64,000 nt of DNA from Balanoglossus misakiensis (Eukaryota; Animalia; Hemichordata), in NCBI GenBank assembly GCA_040954595.2, contig CM082577.2, positions 9,449,846-9,513,845 on the forward strand, given 5' to 3'. Position numbers and translations under genes: made by a program. The notes beneath the pieces are model-generated. The model was not told the DNA's origin. It saw only the letters and a list, made by a program, of their open reading frames with translations, and ran no database searches. This document shows, piece by piece, positions 35,814 to 55,600 of the stretch (positions are counted from its first letter, which is position 1; each line of letters begins with the position of its first letter).

Positions 35814-36388
35814 CATGGTGAGAAAGATATTGTTACTGAGACAGAAGGAAAATTATTCATAGAGATCTTGGTATACAAGGCAGTTCCTATAACCATCTAT
35901 GCCATTACACGTCTCGCCTGTTCACTGTATTCATACCAACTAAATGTAAGAATGTAAAGGTCACCTGTAGACGGGTTTTCCGTCGATGGGGCCGACGTGC
36001 CCATTGCATCGCTCAGTCGCGACACTTCGCTGGCCAACTGCCGTACAGACTCCACAAGATCCGACTGACCCTGTTGGCACTGATCCCGGCCTAGCCGAAT
36101 TTCTTCCGCCATTTCGAGTTTCAGATTTTCGACCGCCTCAGAAAGTTGCCGAATTTCCACGCCCATTTGCGTCACTGTCCCTGCTAAGGTGTCCTCGTCG
36201 TCGCTGATATCTCGACACTCGCCTTGGCCTTGTTGACACTCGGGCAAGATCAACGTGTACTGGCATCTTCCTTCCTGAACACACTTGTGACGATACTTGG
36301 CCGTGCCGTACTGACCAACAGTGCTTTGACTATCCACAAACATTAAAATACAACTAGAAGCAATCACGCATAGTGCCAAATACGCCAT
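31516..36388 (-). CDS. Secreted angiopoietin-N-like/coiled-coil + EGF x3 + CUB + EGF x2 protein (fibropellin-like modules), ~446 aa
   Basis: Exons: 35965-36388 (signal; [12 protein letters not shown]; heptads [26 protein letters not shown]; alternative ATG at 36406), EGF 35590-35703, 34984-35097, 33801-33917, CUB 33123-33464 (CG....GTVTSPNHP...NREYCVYLI; GC donor), truncated EGF 32454-32531, Ca-EGF 31811-31936, last exon 31516-31541 (PVNGGLSD*). All junctions are phase 1. Confidence 0.8.
32161..32392. mobile_element. TTAA-bounded MITE (Kolobok-like)
   Basis: ttaaaggataggatgcgcctc ... gagatgcatactataccttaa imperfect TIRs. Confidence 0.6.
34500..34970 (-). mobile_element. Helentron/HINE-like non-autonomous element; same family as 39921-40716
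   Basis: The minus strand starts tttagggcccaagcgc...cttgggccctatt (hairpin), then a ttct-rich tract and atctcagacactgctgcag...aaacttg, matching the start of 39921-40716. The family name is inferred and the 3' boundary is approximate. Confidence 0.55.
35293..35409 (-). pseudogene. Inactivated EGF-domain exon (pseudo-exon) inside the EGF/CUB gene
   Basis: Translates [38 protein letters not shown] with an intact phase-1 donor. The third Cys is Arg (CGT) and the acceptor position reads ..ttttggg with no AG. The nearest upstream AG is out of frame. Confidence 0.75.
35742..35812. repeat. (GGTT)n(GATT)n microsatellite
   Basis: Visible directly. Confidence 0.95.
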
Positions 36389-37531
36389 TGCTCTGGCCGC
36401 AAACATTTTTTCCTCGTTTATTTCCTTGATATGCAAACGTATGCAAACACAGGTTATTTTATTTGGGTCAGTAACATTGAAAGCATGTTTCCCCTGCACA
36501 CATAATGGTCAAAGTGGGGCGGTCGTCGCGTCGCGTTGGTGTCCCCTTTGTGAGAATGTGTCGCAGAACGCCTCACTAATCTCTGCAAATAAAAATGGCA
36601 GCTATGGGTGATAATAGTTTAGCGAGTTTCACCATCGCCGTGAACCACGACCCCGGGAGGTAGATTCTGACTCGCGAAAATGACTTTCACCGACAGTACA
36701 GTTTCAAATATAATGGTGACAGTATGTCTAATATCCATCTGCGCATACCACAACAGTTTTTCTCGTGTAATTAGGGCAGAATAAACAAGTGCGGCACCCG
36801 TTTATTATTTATCTTGTTCACATTTAAATGTAACTGCTCCAGATATACAGTCATGTGATGATATTACATTAGTGTATACCCATCAGTGAGCTCATTTCAA
36901 TGCAATAATCTAAGGTTGAAAGTAGAACCATGAGATAACTGCAAACGGGGGCAGTTACTGAGGTTTTAACCTGAAAACTGGACTCACATTTACGGCACGT
37001 GAATATCCTCTCCCAACCATCTCGATAAAATTCATGTAAACGTATTTTGATTTTTAACTTTCTATTTCTAAATTTAAATTTCTAACCTTCAATTTCTAAA
37101 CACCCTTTGTGAGATGCAATGGTTGATAACCAGGGATTTACCAGTATTAAGTTGGTGATACATAGGCTAGCACATTTTTATTGGACAAATACTTAGCAAT
37201 ATTTACAGATCTGTAATAACTAATACGTTTTGTCAAACCTGTTGCAGTATTTCGAGACACAGCCGTCGTCAGAAAACTTCAATAGTATATAAGCCACGCC
37301 CCCAATAAAGAAACGAAATCGTTTGACTGAGTACAAAAATCAGGTAGCGCGAAAAAAACTCTTGTGAAATTCAATATGACACACATTTAAAATTCAGTCG
37401 TGAATAGAGCATTTTCATCATTTAGTAACAATATCCATCGGATTTTATTCAACATGATGTATATGAGCAGTTTACGTATTTGACTTATTCGTTACTGTTC
37501 GAGTTCTGTCCAATAAATGTGGTCGTCCGTT

Positions 37532-44250
<6,719 letters not shown>

Positions 44251-44791
44251 GGTTTGCCGGTCTTGCCTAATGCCAAATGAGGTTGGCCGGGGTAAAGCGT
44301 TACTTATATCAGAGGGCCCCGATCAACAGGTTGTCGTACCTCAGTTTTGACCTGCAGGTGATTGCACAACACCCTTGCAACATCGGATGCGCGCGCATCA
44401 AAATGACCCCATTCTGTTAATTTTGTACAGTATATTTGAGTTCAACTTGCAGAATCGTTGTGTAAACCAGATGCATTGTATTTAGGCTTTAAACTATTAG
44501 CACTGATCAAGTGCCTTCGCTAGTTTACCGTAAGAAATTAACAAGTTGCTGAGTCACAAACTAGTTTTTTGTTTTGTTTATACATACATAATCGTATTAA
44601 TTTAACATCATGAATCAAAGCAAATATTACAATTATCAACATCTCGCCAACAATCGATTGCTTCTTTCAGTCACCAGATATCAAAGCCTCATTCTGGATC
44701 ATGTAGGGTGACGTCACTCAAATCATTATGGTATCGCATTTGCAATATTTACCGATCTCTATCGACTAATCTTCGCCAGGCAGTCGGTTTT

Positions 44792-45350
44792 GGTTACTTT
44801 ATATGGTCAAAAACTTAAAGAGTCCCATTTCATGTCCATTATGGCCAATAAGTACAGATAACAATTGTATGAGTAATACTGGTGACCTATAATCCGGGAT
44901 AACAAAATACGTCATCGTCTAGTTCAAATAAATGAATGTCGGGCAGACGACGGTTTCTGATCTACTTTTTGGAAACGCAGGAGTGCATATCGTCATGGAT
45001 TAATGTGTAATCAATTTTGAGTGTACTGGTTACGGCTGTTTTTCCCGCCTCTCCGAGTCGCGTTGTCGTGAGTTGAATTCAGTGATGTTCTTTTTACAGC
45101 TTTCTTGCATCGCGGAGGTACTTTAGGCCTACGTCGACCTCTTCGTTTAAAGCTCTTTTGGAGATTTGTGTGTGTATTGTTACCTTATATGGTCAGAAAG
45201 TTTGAGAATCATACGTCATGTCAATAAATACATGCTACTGACCCTGGACTCAGGACTTGTGCACTGACCTATATATCATGTTAATTCGCGGGACAACAAA
45301 GCACCTCACGATAGTTAAAACAAAGAATGCCGGACAGATGAGTGTTTCTC
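44792..45350 (+). repeat. Diverged direct repeat (~170-bp blocks, ~390 bp apart) between the chitinase 3' end and the CYP 5' end
   Basis: gttactttatatggtcaaaaa...tgacctata...gggataacaaa...gaatgtcgggcagacg (44792-44960) versus gttaccttatatggtcagaaa...tgacctata...gggacaacaaa...gaatgccggacagatg (45179-45350). Confidence 0.7.
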
Positions 45351-45522
45351 ACTGAGTCGAATATGCTTTAATATTACCGAATGATTTCAAAGCAGCAGAG
45401 TCCACTTTGCTAAATTGGCTTAATCGAACTCAAACTACCACCGCATTAAACACTGCAGTTCAAGAGTACAGTGACTATTACAACGATAGTTGCAATTCGC
45501 GAACAAACATATGGTTGTTCAT

Positions 45523-48500
45523 TTAACATCCTGGGACGTTGTACGGCCAGTCGCAAACGGAATACTTCGGGTTGAATACTGTGCCTGGCCCACAGTTGAA
45601 ATCGTATCTAACGCCACCAGCACACCGGTAGTACTTGTTGCAGTCCGTAGGGTGTGGAAAGTATCCATCTTCGGTACACACAAATTCCGATGGCGTTGGG
45701 GTTGCTGTGAAAGAAATAGTAATTTGAATGAACACTTGTGAAATCTAGTTTGGTTGTTTGAATGGTCTATTTGTACGCGCTATTGCCCGCTCAAATGTAG
45801 AAAATATCACTCATTTCGCATCGTCCTTCGATTCTGTACAAGCATAAGACAGGCCTCGCGTCAATAACTACCACTGTCTTCATAGTTTCGGTAGATCCCT
45901 GTATAAATCGGTATACGTTGAGGTTATCCGGCACGGTAACATGTATTTATTTAAAAAAAAACAAATTGACCGGAACGTGATATATATCTTCTCTGTCAAC
46001 CTAAATAAGCAAATAAGAGATAGCCAACCTTGTTTCTTGGTCGGAGCAACAGTTATGGCTTGAGTGGGCGTGGTTTGCACTGGAGAAATCGTCTTGGTAA
46101 CTGTTGATTATGATAAAAGAAAAAAATAATTAAAGAATTATATAGAAATAATAATGTTTAATAATTGGAGGTCCGATTTCCATGAAAATTTAACCGTGCA
46201 TATTTTCAGGCCCGAAATGGTTGCCATGAAAACGTGTGTCGTGAAAATGGACATCATGTTTGTCTTTTTGAGCCAAGATGCCACATTGATGAAATATTTA
46301 TACCAACGTTAGCTACTTTTGATAGAATTTTTGGAAAAATGGCAATAACTGCCACATGTTTGCATCTTCGTGGCCACGCACAATCAGAAAGAATCGATTT
46401 CATTAACTTTGTCAGCATAAAACATGCCGCTCTGTATGGTAATTTAGAGAATACGCGATGTCCAACCTTGATTCTTGGTTGTTGCAGCAGGTGGTGCAGC
46501 TGTATCTTGCGCATGCGTAGGTTGCGCTTGGGCACCTGTCGTTGCAGGCGCCGCAGTAGGATCTTGCGCATGCGTTGGTTGCGCTTGAACACCTGTCGTT
46601 GCGGGCGCTGCAGTTGCCGGATTAACAGTCACAGGTCCACCGCTTTCTAATTCACTTTTCACCAGGTTCAGAAGCGGGTTGATGCCCTGGTTGCAGAACT
46701 GCCCGGTGAAGTCATCCATGTCCAACGCCCACGCCATGGTTCCCGCAAGCTGTTCTCGTTTCACCCAGTCAATCTAACAAGGGAAAATACTGATGTAGTG
46801 ACTTTACAGCGAACGCCCATGAGTCGGATACTCAGAGTTGTTGAGTCAGTCGCAATGTGATTTGCTATCAGTATTTCACAATTTATCTCCCAACCACGCC
46901 CTTGCTGTAAGTTGCCTACAAACTACACGGGCAGGCATCCAGTTATTTCGGTTCAATCACCTTATCCAATTCACTTAGAGAAAGAAAATGAGTGACGATG
47001 TAATGCTTGTCGAGGACGTTCACTTGAACAGGGCCATGCTTCTCATGAGCATCGCAATGTCATTAAACGGCAGTGAGCGAATCACATAGTCCTCACCTGG
47101 ACAAAATTAAATCTTGTCCGTTTTCGTGTTTATTGGGTCAGTGGTCGAAAGCGTCTCGTTCACGGGACCATTACTAGTCTAATATAATCTTACCTTTACG
47201 CTAAAGCTTTCCAGATCGTCGTAGCCAATCCATTGGTTCTCAAGGTAACAGTAAGGTACGCGCCTCTCAGCATCCCAGACACGCGTGGCCTCAGCCTGCA
47301 GTTTTTGGCACACCTGTTGGTATGTGGGGTGGATATATTTTGAACTGCATCAAATATATTTTCCTACGTTCAAATTTACACAAAGCTATCTTGTTCACGT
47401 GTCATAAAGGCAGACAAAAATCTCTCAGTGACTTTAGTAAATGATATAAAAGAAAGCACTATGTCACCATGCTTGATTTTTTTTCAAATTTTCATCGTAA
47501 GAAATCCATAGCATTAGAAGTGCGAGAAAAGTGTTGACACAGCATTTTTCCACTATATTTTAGACCCCCTATCTGAAAAATAGGATGGGAACACCCCATT
47601 TTCTCTCTCTTGTTGTGTTTTAAATTCATTGATGTACAATATATAAAACAATCAGGAAAAATTACAACATTCTTAAATGTTGGTTAGTCCAATGAATGAT
47701 GTACACATTGCTCCCTGTACTGTACGGAATCTTTTGATGAATAAAAAGTACATGTACAATATTGTCAACACGTGGTGATTGCCGAAAGTACAACAGGTTC
47801 CAAGTGGTGACTTGCCTCATAATATGACAAAAATCCCGCTTCTCTGGTAAAGGTTCCGGAGATACCCGCACCGCTAGCTGGCGCACCCATACTGGTATCT
47901 GACGTACCCAGCGTAAACGTGCGACCGTACGTTGGAATGCCGACCAACAGCTTGTTGCGCGGACAGCCTCCTTCCAACCAATAGTTGACCGCCCATTCCT
48001 GAAGGAAAGCACCGATATCGCAATAAGTCAAAATACTATACACATACAAAATTGTGTTACGCTACATGTATATCACAAAGCATAGGCACTACGCCTTCCC
48101 TTCACTTTTGAAAGTCAGCCAGACAGACAGTCAGAGAGAGAGAGAGAGAGAGAGAGTCAGAGAGTCACATGCGTTGTTGGGTACTTACAACATTTAAATA
48201 GGCATCTTCTCCGGTCTCATCGATGGCTGCATGAAGGGGACTGTTGTGCCCCGTTACAGGATCCCATGCTCCATGCAAGTCATACGACATCAAACCGACC
48301 CAGTCAAGCTCCCTGGAACAAATAAAATTCAATACAGATCCATCAGAGTTCAATAGGGAGATAGAAAAGAAACTGCCCTAAGGTAATCCTCTGTAGATGA
48401 AAAAATGTACCAAAATCATAGCTACCGTGGAGTTAAAATTAAAGATACAAACCACGCAAAGAGGCACACAGCTGTACCATCACTTACGCCGATATTTTTG

Positions 48501-50087
48501 AGATTTCATAGCCAGCATCGACAGTTTGCTTGCCTGCGGCGACCGCTGCTGTCAAGAGAAGTTTTTCTTTCCCGGTGGCAGCGGCTTCATAGTCAATGGC
48601 CTGTCGAAATTCCTATTGGTTAAAACAGAGACATCGGTGATTTAACTTGCATATATCATTACGAAGTATATGTAACTGCTGATATTGAACTCTTGACGGA
48701 AAGTCGGTAAAACTATACTTACTTACAGTTTTCCGTGAATCAAAGAACTTCGGGAACAGAAGCAGTCTGGGATAGGTAACTAATCTTGTGCAAATTATCA
48801 AACCCGTTTTATGCAACTACGATGGATATTCACAAACGACTACTTCGCACATACTGGTTTACAACTGCTGATAAGTCACGCCAAGAGCAAGACAATTTCA
48901 ACGTCTTCCGTGTAGGACTAATTCCCATTTTATTTGGAAGAAATTCTATGATGGCCCTTTCTCGGTTAAAATTCTTTGTAAAAAAAAACAGTTATACGAA
49001 CTTGCATAAACAGGGTGAATTTCTCTTTGTCGCCAGCTGGGCTACCACGTGATCCGGGATATTCCCAATCGCAGTCAAACCCGTCGAAATTCTTCTCTCG
49101 AAGGAAGTCTATCGTCGTCGAAATGAAGTGAGCCCTGTTCTCGGCGTTTGACACCATGGCCGAGAATTCCTCCGAGCCGAAGTTCCATCCCCCGACGGCG
49201 ATCAGGGTTCGCAGGTTGGGGTTGGTGGTCTTGTGGTCGTTGACCAGACCCCACATTGCCTTGGGAAACAAAATAGAATGTGAGGTTAAAACATTAATAT
49301 CATCGTGGCTTGATAAACTGGAGCCTTCCTTGATCATGTGTTCCGAAATTTTTAATAGAGGCACATCTGCATGGGAAATACACGGCTGGGATTCTGCATG
49401 GACGTCTTCATTCATTGATAACGCACGTCCAAATGTCCCAATTGAAGACGCAACATAAAGCAAACTTCCATCTGGTTGATTGAAACTTAAGACAATTAAA
49501 AATTGCAAACGTGTTTGGTTGACGAGAGTTGGTGTAAACCTATACGAGAGCTTGAGATAAAATGAATGAGCAGGACTCGAAGAGTAGTATAAGCCTCTTC
49601 AACATTAAGTAATCTCAGATATCTATTTGATTAAGACTCTAAAGGGACATACGTTTACAATATAGCGTACACTATACCTCGTCATTCCATTCATAGGCAA
49701 TTAGTTCATGATTGTTGTTAATAACGGCAAAAGCATACACGATGTGAGTACACAGGAAAGGGTCGATGTGCTCTGGTTTGAACATTCCTAGACCAGGGCG
49801 ATACTGAGCCCAGTTGGTATAGTAACAGACGCGTTTGAATGAACCATCACTGCCTGCGAAGCAAAACAAAACAAAACAAAACAAAATGGTATGGAATTCG
49901 ATTCTACCGTAAGTACTACCCACTGACAGCACAAGTTGTTTTTGTCTCATAATAGCTGTGGTTTTGGGGGTTATTCAATGATATTACAAAGTGAACTTTC
50001 CATGTAAGAACTGTCTGTACCTTGTTGTTGGCTGCCTGTTACCAAGGAAAGCAGGATGACGACAATGGTTTTGATACACGTATCCAT
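45523..50087 (-). CDS. CHIT1-like: GH18 chitinase (CHIT1/CHIA-like) with Thr/Pro-rich linker and C-terminal CBM14, ~537 aa, 10 exons
   Basis: Exons 50021-50087, 49678-49853 ([20 protein letters not shown]), 49002-49259 (AVGGWNFGS; [12 protein letters not shown]), 48488-48612, 48189-48312 (MSYDLHGAW), 47816-47998 (GC donor), 47194-47313, 46467-46773 ([10 protein letters not shown]), 46029-46100, 45523-45704 ([19 protein letters not shown]...CDWP..VPGC*). Confidence 0.95.
46496..46612 (-). repeat. 57-bp coding tandem repeat in the chitinase linker
   Basis: [19 protein letters not shown] / [19 protein letters not shown]. Confidence 0.9.
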
Positions 50088-50641
50088 CTTGATCCTGTGG
50101 TGTTTCGAGAAATAAAATTTTGTTGCCCGCAACAACAGCGAGAATCAGTTGCCCAACCACGGATACAGTGTGAGTGGTATGCAAGTTTGCTGGGGATCTG
50201 TGTGTTATGTCGTGTGAGTTTGTGATATATTTGTGGGAAGTGATCTAGTAACCACATTCGGTTCACATATGGTGTGCGACCACAGTATCTCTGGCGAATG
50301 TTGACTTTTACTGCTTAATTCCCCGATAGGTCCATCCTATTAGCGTTATCAGTGGTATTTGCAGCTGAATTACAGCTGTGTGTATTCAAGCGACAAACAG
50401 TGTTGAAGTGAGTGTTTCAATAAGCCTGTACACGATTGGAACTATTTTGAGACAATTGCACGGTAATAAACCCCGTAAAACACAGTGTAGCCTAGACAGT
50501 CAACATATTATCATTTCGTTTAGTTGTGGTCAAACAATGACAGAAGTTCTTATCGTTTTGTACGCATTTTATCGGTATGCAATTATCCCAAAATATTTCC
50601 AATCCACATAAGACAGGGTATTTGCAGTTTTATTTGAAGCC

Positions 50642-51007
50642 ACAAAGCCCCGTGAGCTGCAACTCGATAAAATTTCAGTTTTACGTTATCTCGGGTATGC
50701 TTTTGATTCTGTGTATTAAATGTTATTGCCTTATAGTATATCAATATAACACTTATTTATGACAAAATGGCAAAAAAAATAAAATTAACTTCAGTAAAGT
50801 CGAAAATTCCCAAAATGGCGCGGCCATATTCCGTTGTGGCAAATTATTTATCTGGTTCAAAACTTGCATATGAACTCATACACGTACAGGGTTTATAATA
50901 TTTGAATATTCGCCAGTGCATACATCTGTCTATTGGGTTAATTTTAGTACAGTTTGAAAATAAATTTCATGATAATTTCCCAAGCGTTGCAGCTCATATG
51001 GCTTTAA
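50642..51007. mobile_element. MITE with TIRs, TTAA at the right end (Kolobok-like)
   Basis: aaagccccgtgagctgcaac ... gttgcagctcatatggctttaa. Confidence 0.7.
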
Positions 51008-51678
51008 AGAAAACGGGCGGCTAAAAACGCTCACAAACCTTACCACCACCCTACCCGCCCATTTGGTACGCCTGTGGTTTGACCACGTAGAGACTGAGAT
51101 TACAACACATCTTGATAGAATCCCTCACGTATAGAAAATGGGGTTCCAACGAAATTATGAAAAGCACTTAAATGTGTTTCTCCGTTATCTATGAGTAGTT
51201 TACACAGTACATTACAATTTTCCTTCAAATATACAACCTTTTGACAATCGAGTACGTAAATATTTGTCCTGCGTCGGAACAAAGTCTAGCGAATAATTGT
51301 CTCCCGTTAACGTACATCGGCTATAATTCAGCATATGCCCTTACTACCTGTTTACTGAAGACACAACGATGATCAGTTCACTTTTACGGGTTTCACATTT
51401 TGACGAAACTCACATGTTACTGTAATTAAGGAATTATTTTACATTTTTGTACAAATTCTGTAATGTTTACTTCCAAAGGTAACCCAAGTCAAAAACAGTT
51501 AGGGTGACGATAAAAATATACTTACAGTGTACAGGATGCAAGTGTGTTTGATCACTCCAACTTGCAACTGTGTCGTACACCGCATGACGAAGAATACTTA
51601 TATTGAGATGAGATTGTCAGATAAGATACGAACCAGCGGATAATGTGGTGACCGGTTTATTAGATAATTGAGTATGGA

Positions 51679-52053
51679 TTAAAGGGACAAAGTCGATCTC
51701 TTTAACTTTTCTTTGATATCAAGAATACATGGAATACTTGCATAAAATAATGGCAATCCATAACTTCGGAGTTGACAATAACTTCCCCCTCCCCCTTTTG
51801 CTGCATGATAAGAAACAGTTCTGTCAACCCCAGTTACCTATAGAAAATGCCTGTTTCACCAACACTTAATTTCTTCAATCAAATAAACGTTGCCAGAGTA
51901 ATGTAAAAGGTATTTTTTCTGTACTTATTTGACTAAAATATGAAGTTTGTTGGGCCGATAGCCTAGAACTACTGAATAAAGACCATTATAGACTAAACGG
52001 TCATTTCCATCCACTGTCTATAGCCCGTTTGCTCTTTAGGTGTACACCTTTAA
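51679..52053 (+). mobile_element. TTAA-bounded non-autonomous element; relative of 19324-19549
   Basis: ttaaaggg...cctttaa ends and a shared 32-bp block gatatcaagaatacatggaatacttgcataaa. Confidence 0.7.
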
Positions 52054-52685
52054 ACATTTCGTCGAATATTTTAATCCAGATCCCTGGGTATAAGGTGAAG
52101 GATGCTGGCACAAAAAAGAGGGGGGTTACGTCTTGTTGAATTTTCACAGATCAACCCATAATCCTATTTGTCCAGTCTTGATAAACGATTGTAGAAAATG
52201 TGTCCCGGAGAAAAATATTCCCACGGAGAATATCAAAATGGCGGTCAGCTTGCCCTGTCCAGCGCCGGTAAAACAGACATTATTTTTAGTTAATTATATA
52301 TACACGAATTAAGTTCTCTCCCATTAAAACATTTATTCAATTAACCCATTTTCCTTTACACAAAGCTGACAACACGCACCTTTAACCCTTTAATTTAATT
52401 CACCTCAGTTCCCTCTTTAGAGGTCCCACCTTACCTTAAAAAACAATGTGTTTGGACTGAACCATGGTGGGAAAAGAGTTAAATCCAATGACAATAGGCC
52501 TGCACGTGTTATATTTCTCTGCATATTCCCAAATTGTGATTAAGATAAGAAGTCCGAATTATTTGTTTATAGCATAATAGTGAAGTTAAAAGTTATGTAA
52601 TAAAAACGAGGTTTTGATATGAGTTTTCAAATCCACATAAGTATGTGATATTCGGACTCAATGACGTGAGATTCTCATCAAATGT

Positions 52686-55600
52686 CTATCTTTTGCTGTC
52701 CATTCTTTCCAGTTCTTTTACTTTCAGTACTCTTCTCAAGATCTTCCCACTTGCTGACTTGGGGATTTCGTCGATGAACTCCACACCACCTCTGAGTTTC
52801 TTGTGGGGCGCTACTCTGTCTGTGAAAGAAAAGCCAGGATCAGTGTGAGATATCTGTCTAGATTGTGAGGTGAAGTTACAAACGACAAATGTTATTTATT
52901 TGAAAGGATTGATCGTACCTTCAACAAATTTCATGATGTCATCTGGCGTGACGTTGTCAGACTTTGGCACGACGTAGGCCTTGGGGAGTTCCCCGGCCTC
53001 TTCGTCGGGAAGGCCAATCACGGCAGCATCTTGAACATCTGGCATACTCAAGAGTAATTCTTCCAATTCGGCAGGTGCCACCTGAGAAAGAAGAAAACAT
53101 AAGGGGCTAAACCCTCCATCCGGCTCTACCAACACTCAAAAAAAGTAGCTGAGTGAACACTTGATAATCATTTATCTATACCTTAGCTGGCCTATATGCC
53201 AATATCATCACCTGACAGGTCGTTGACTGGTACAGACGCATTGAAATATCCATTTTAAATTAAAACCACATGTACATGATTGTGCTCCTGAAAATCCAAC
53301 ATAAGCAATCAACAGAACTTCGTGACCTCTGTGCGCGATACAATGACTTTCGCACCGCACAGATCACGCGCAGAGGTCATGACGTTCTGTAATATATAAC
53401 CTGCACGTTGTAGTTTTCACACGAAGGATAACTTACCTGGAAAGCGTTATATTTGATGAGTTCCTTGAGGCGGTCAACGATGAAGAATTGTCCTGTTTCA
53501 TCATAGTGACCAATATCTCCTGCAAGAAATTACAAAATCAATGCAGACATCATTGAAGGTAATTCAAGATGGACGCAAAACGGAACCAAGTGGGCCCCTT
53601 CTCCGTCTCTCAATTCATGTCGGTGCTTGGATATCAAATGCTGTTATTAAGTATAGTTATGTATTTATCGTAGTGTTTCACTGACTTTAATTCGATGAAG
53701 CATACTACATGATAAAGCACGCCAGTATTATTTTCAGAGAAACATTTCTCAACGAACACAATGTCATAACGCCGATGATACCATGATCATAGAAGTCACC
53801 TTGAGGAAGTTGCCTCAAACCAGAAAGTTTAACATTCACGTCGTCTTACTTTCCAAGACCACCATGACCCCCCCCCCAAACCACGACAAAGATGCAGCAG
53901 ATACTATAACACATGGCAGCTGGTGCCATTGTACCGTGCTGAACCAAACCTATGGGCTAAGGAATGTATACTATCATTCACCCAACTATCTCGACGTGGC
54001 AGACTATAAACTCACCCGTGTGGAACCATCCATCGTCTTTCAGAGAGTGCATGGTCGCTTCAACGTTGTTCAGGTATCCTTTCATGACCTGTGGACCTCG
54101 CACGCACAGTTCGCCATCTTCTTTAACTCCAAGAGTTTCGCCAGTTTCAACATCTATGATCTGTATTCGAAAAAAAAAACAAGTTACATTGCATCAGATG
54201 GCTATCAAACATTGAGAGAAACATAGTGACTAGTCGGTTTTGTCGCAAATACAGGATAGGCATAATATGGTTTCAAATGTTGTGTCCATTCCATCACCAG
54301 CGACTGGTCACACTGGTCACGGTACGCCCCAATTGGCTTAGTGGATGGCAATTGGAAGATGATCCGTCCCAGGGGCCTTAACGCGTAAACAGCCATTTTG
54401 CAGGTGACACCACAGTCCTTGCTAATTCCGGTTCAGTGTAGTGCTAACTCATACTTTCTTTCCCGCTCTTCAGAGCGAACGAACGCGAAAGAACGCGCGG
54501 CTGGACACTGGACAACATCTGGCGCCATGTCGTTATGAGGGTACCGTTTGCCCAATTTCCTCCCATGTATTGGCCAGTACGAGGTGGTCACCCCCGACAC
54601 AGCCGCCATTGCCCAAGTAGTGCAGCTTAGAGACAGTCGCACTGTCGTTTCGTAACAAAACAGCTTCCGGGCAAACACACTTTGGCTTTGCAGCAGTGCT
54701 GGTTGACGTGTAATATAATGACGTCATAACTACTCCTTTTCGTGCATCTCACCTTGGCCTCAGTGTTCGGAAGCAATGAGCCTGCAGAACCAACATGATA
54801 CTCCTTAGCCGCATAACTGAGTGTTACAACAGGGGATGTTTCTGTCAAACCGTAACCTAGAATGAGAGACGACAACTGCTATAGGTAACCACGTTTTAAA
54901 ATTGTGTCTTCGCACGCGCATGTATGCATGTGCATCGCATGCGCATCCGAATGTTTGTCCTATTACGCCGATATGCAATCGTTCTTTCAGTTCAGAACTG
55001 AGGATACTGAGGATGCCACTCTGATTAGCAGTCATACATGTTTACAGAAGGAAAGACTTTTATTCTGCATGTATGCACTTCAGTAGAAAGCTAACGTGAA
55101 GCGGTCGTCGCGCCGCGTTACAATTCATCCACAAATCCCTCAAATAAGATAATTCTCAGAATGAACGAAGCAGCCAACCGTAGCGTAGACTGGGCATGAC
55201 AGCAACTGAAGATCCTAGCAGGTCGTGGCGACTGCAGTGAGGTTTGATCTGGGATGGGAGGACATAAATTCTCATCAAGGGGGACGCCCACGCGGCGCGA
55301 CGACCGCTTCCCTTTTAAAATAAGAGAATTCAATACGAACCAACCTTGTCTCATCATCAAGTTTCCATGTCCAAGCCTTTTTGTTACAAGTTGCACAGTT
55401 TTTGGCCCCAACGGAGCGGCTCCGGACATTAATTGATCCAGGCTAGATAGGTCGTACTGATCAACCATGGGATGTTTGGCCAAGAAAACGGCTAATGGTG
55501 GAACTATGTTAGCCACATTTACCTGTATAAAAAATATTATTGAACAAATAAAAACTGCGTTAAAACATTAACTTCCCGAACTACACGACTTGCCTGCCAG

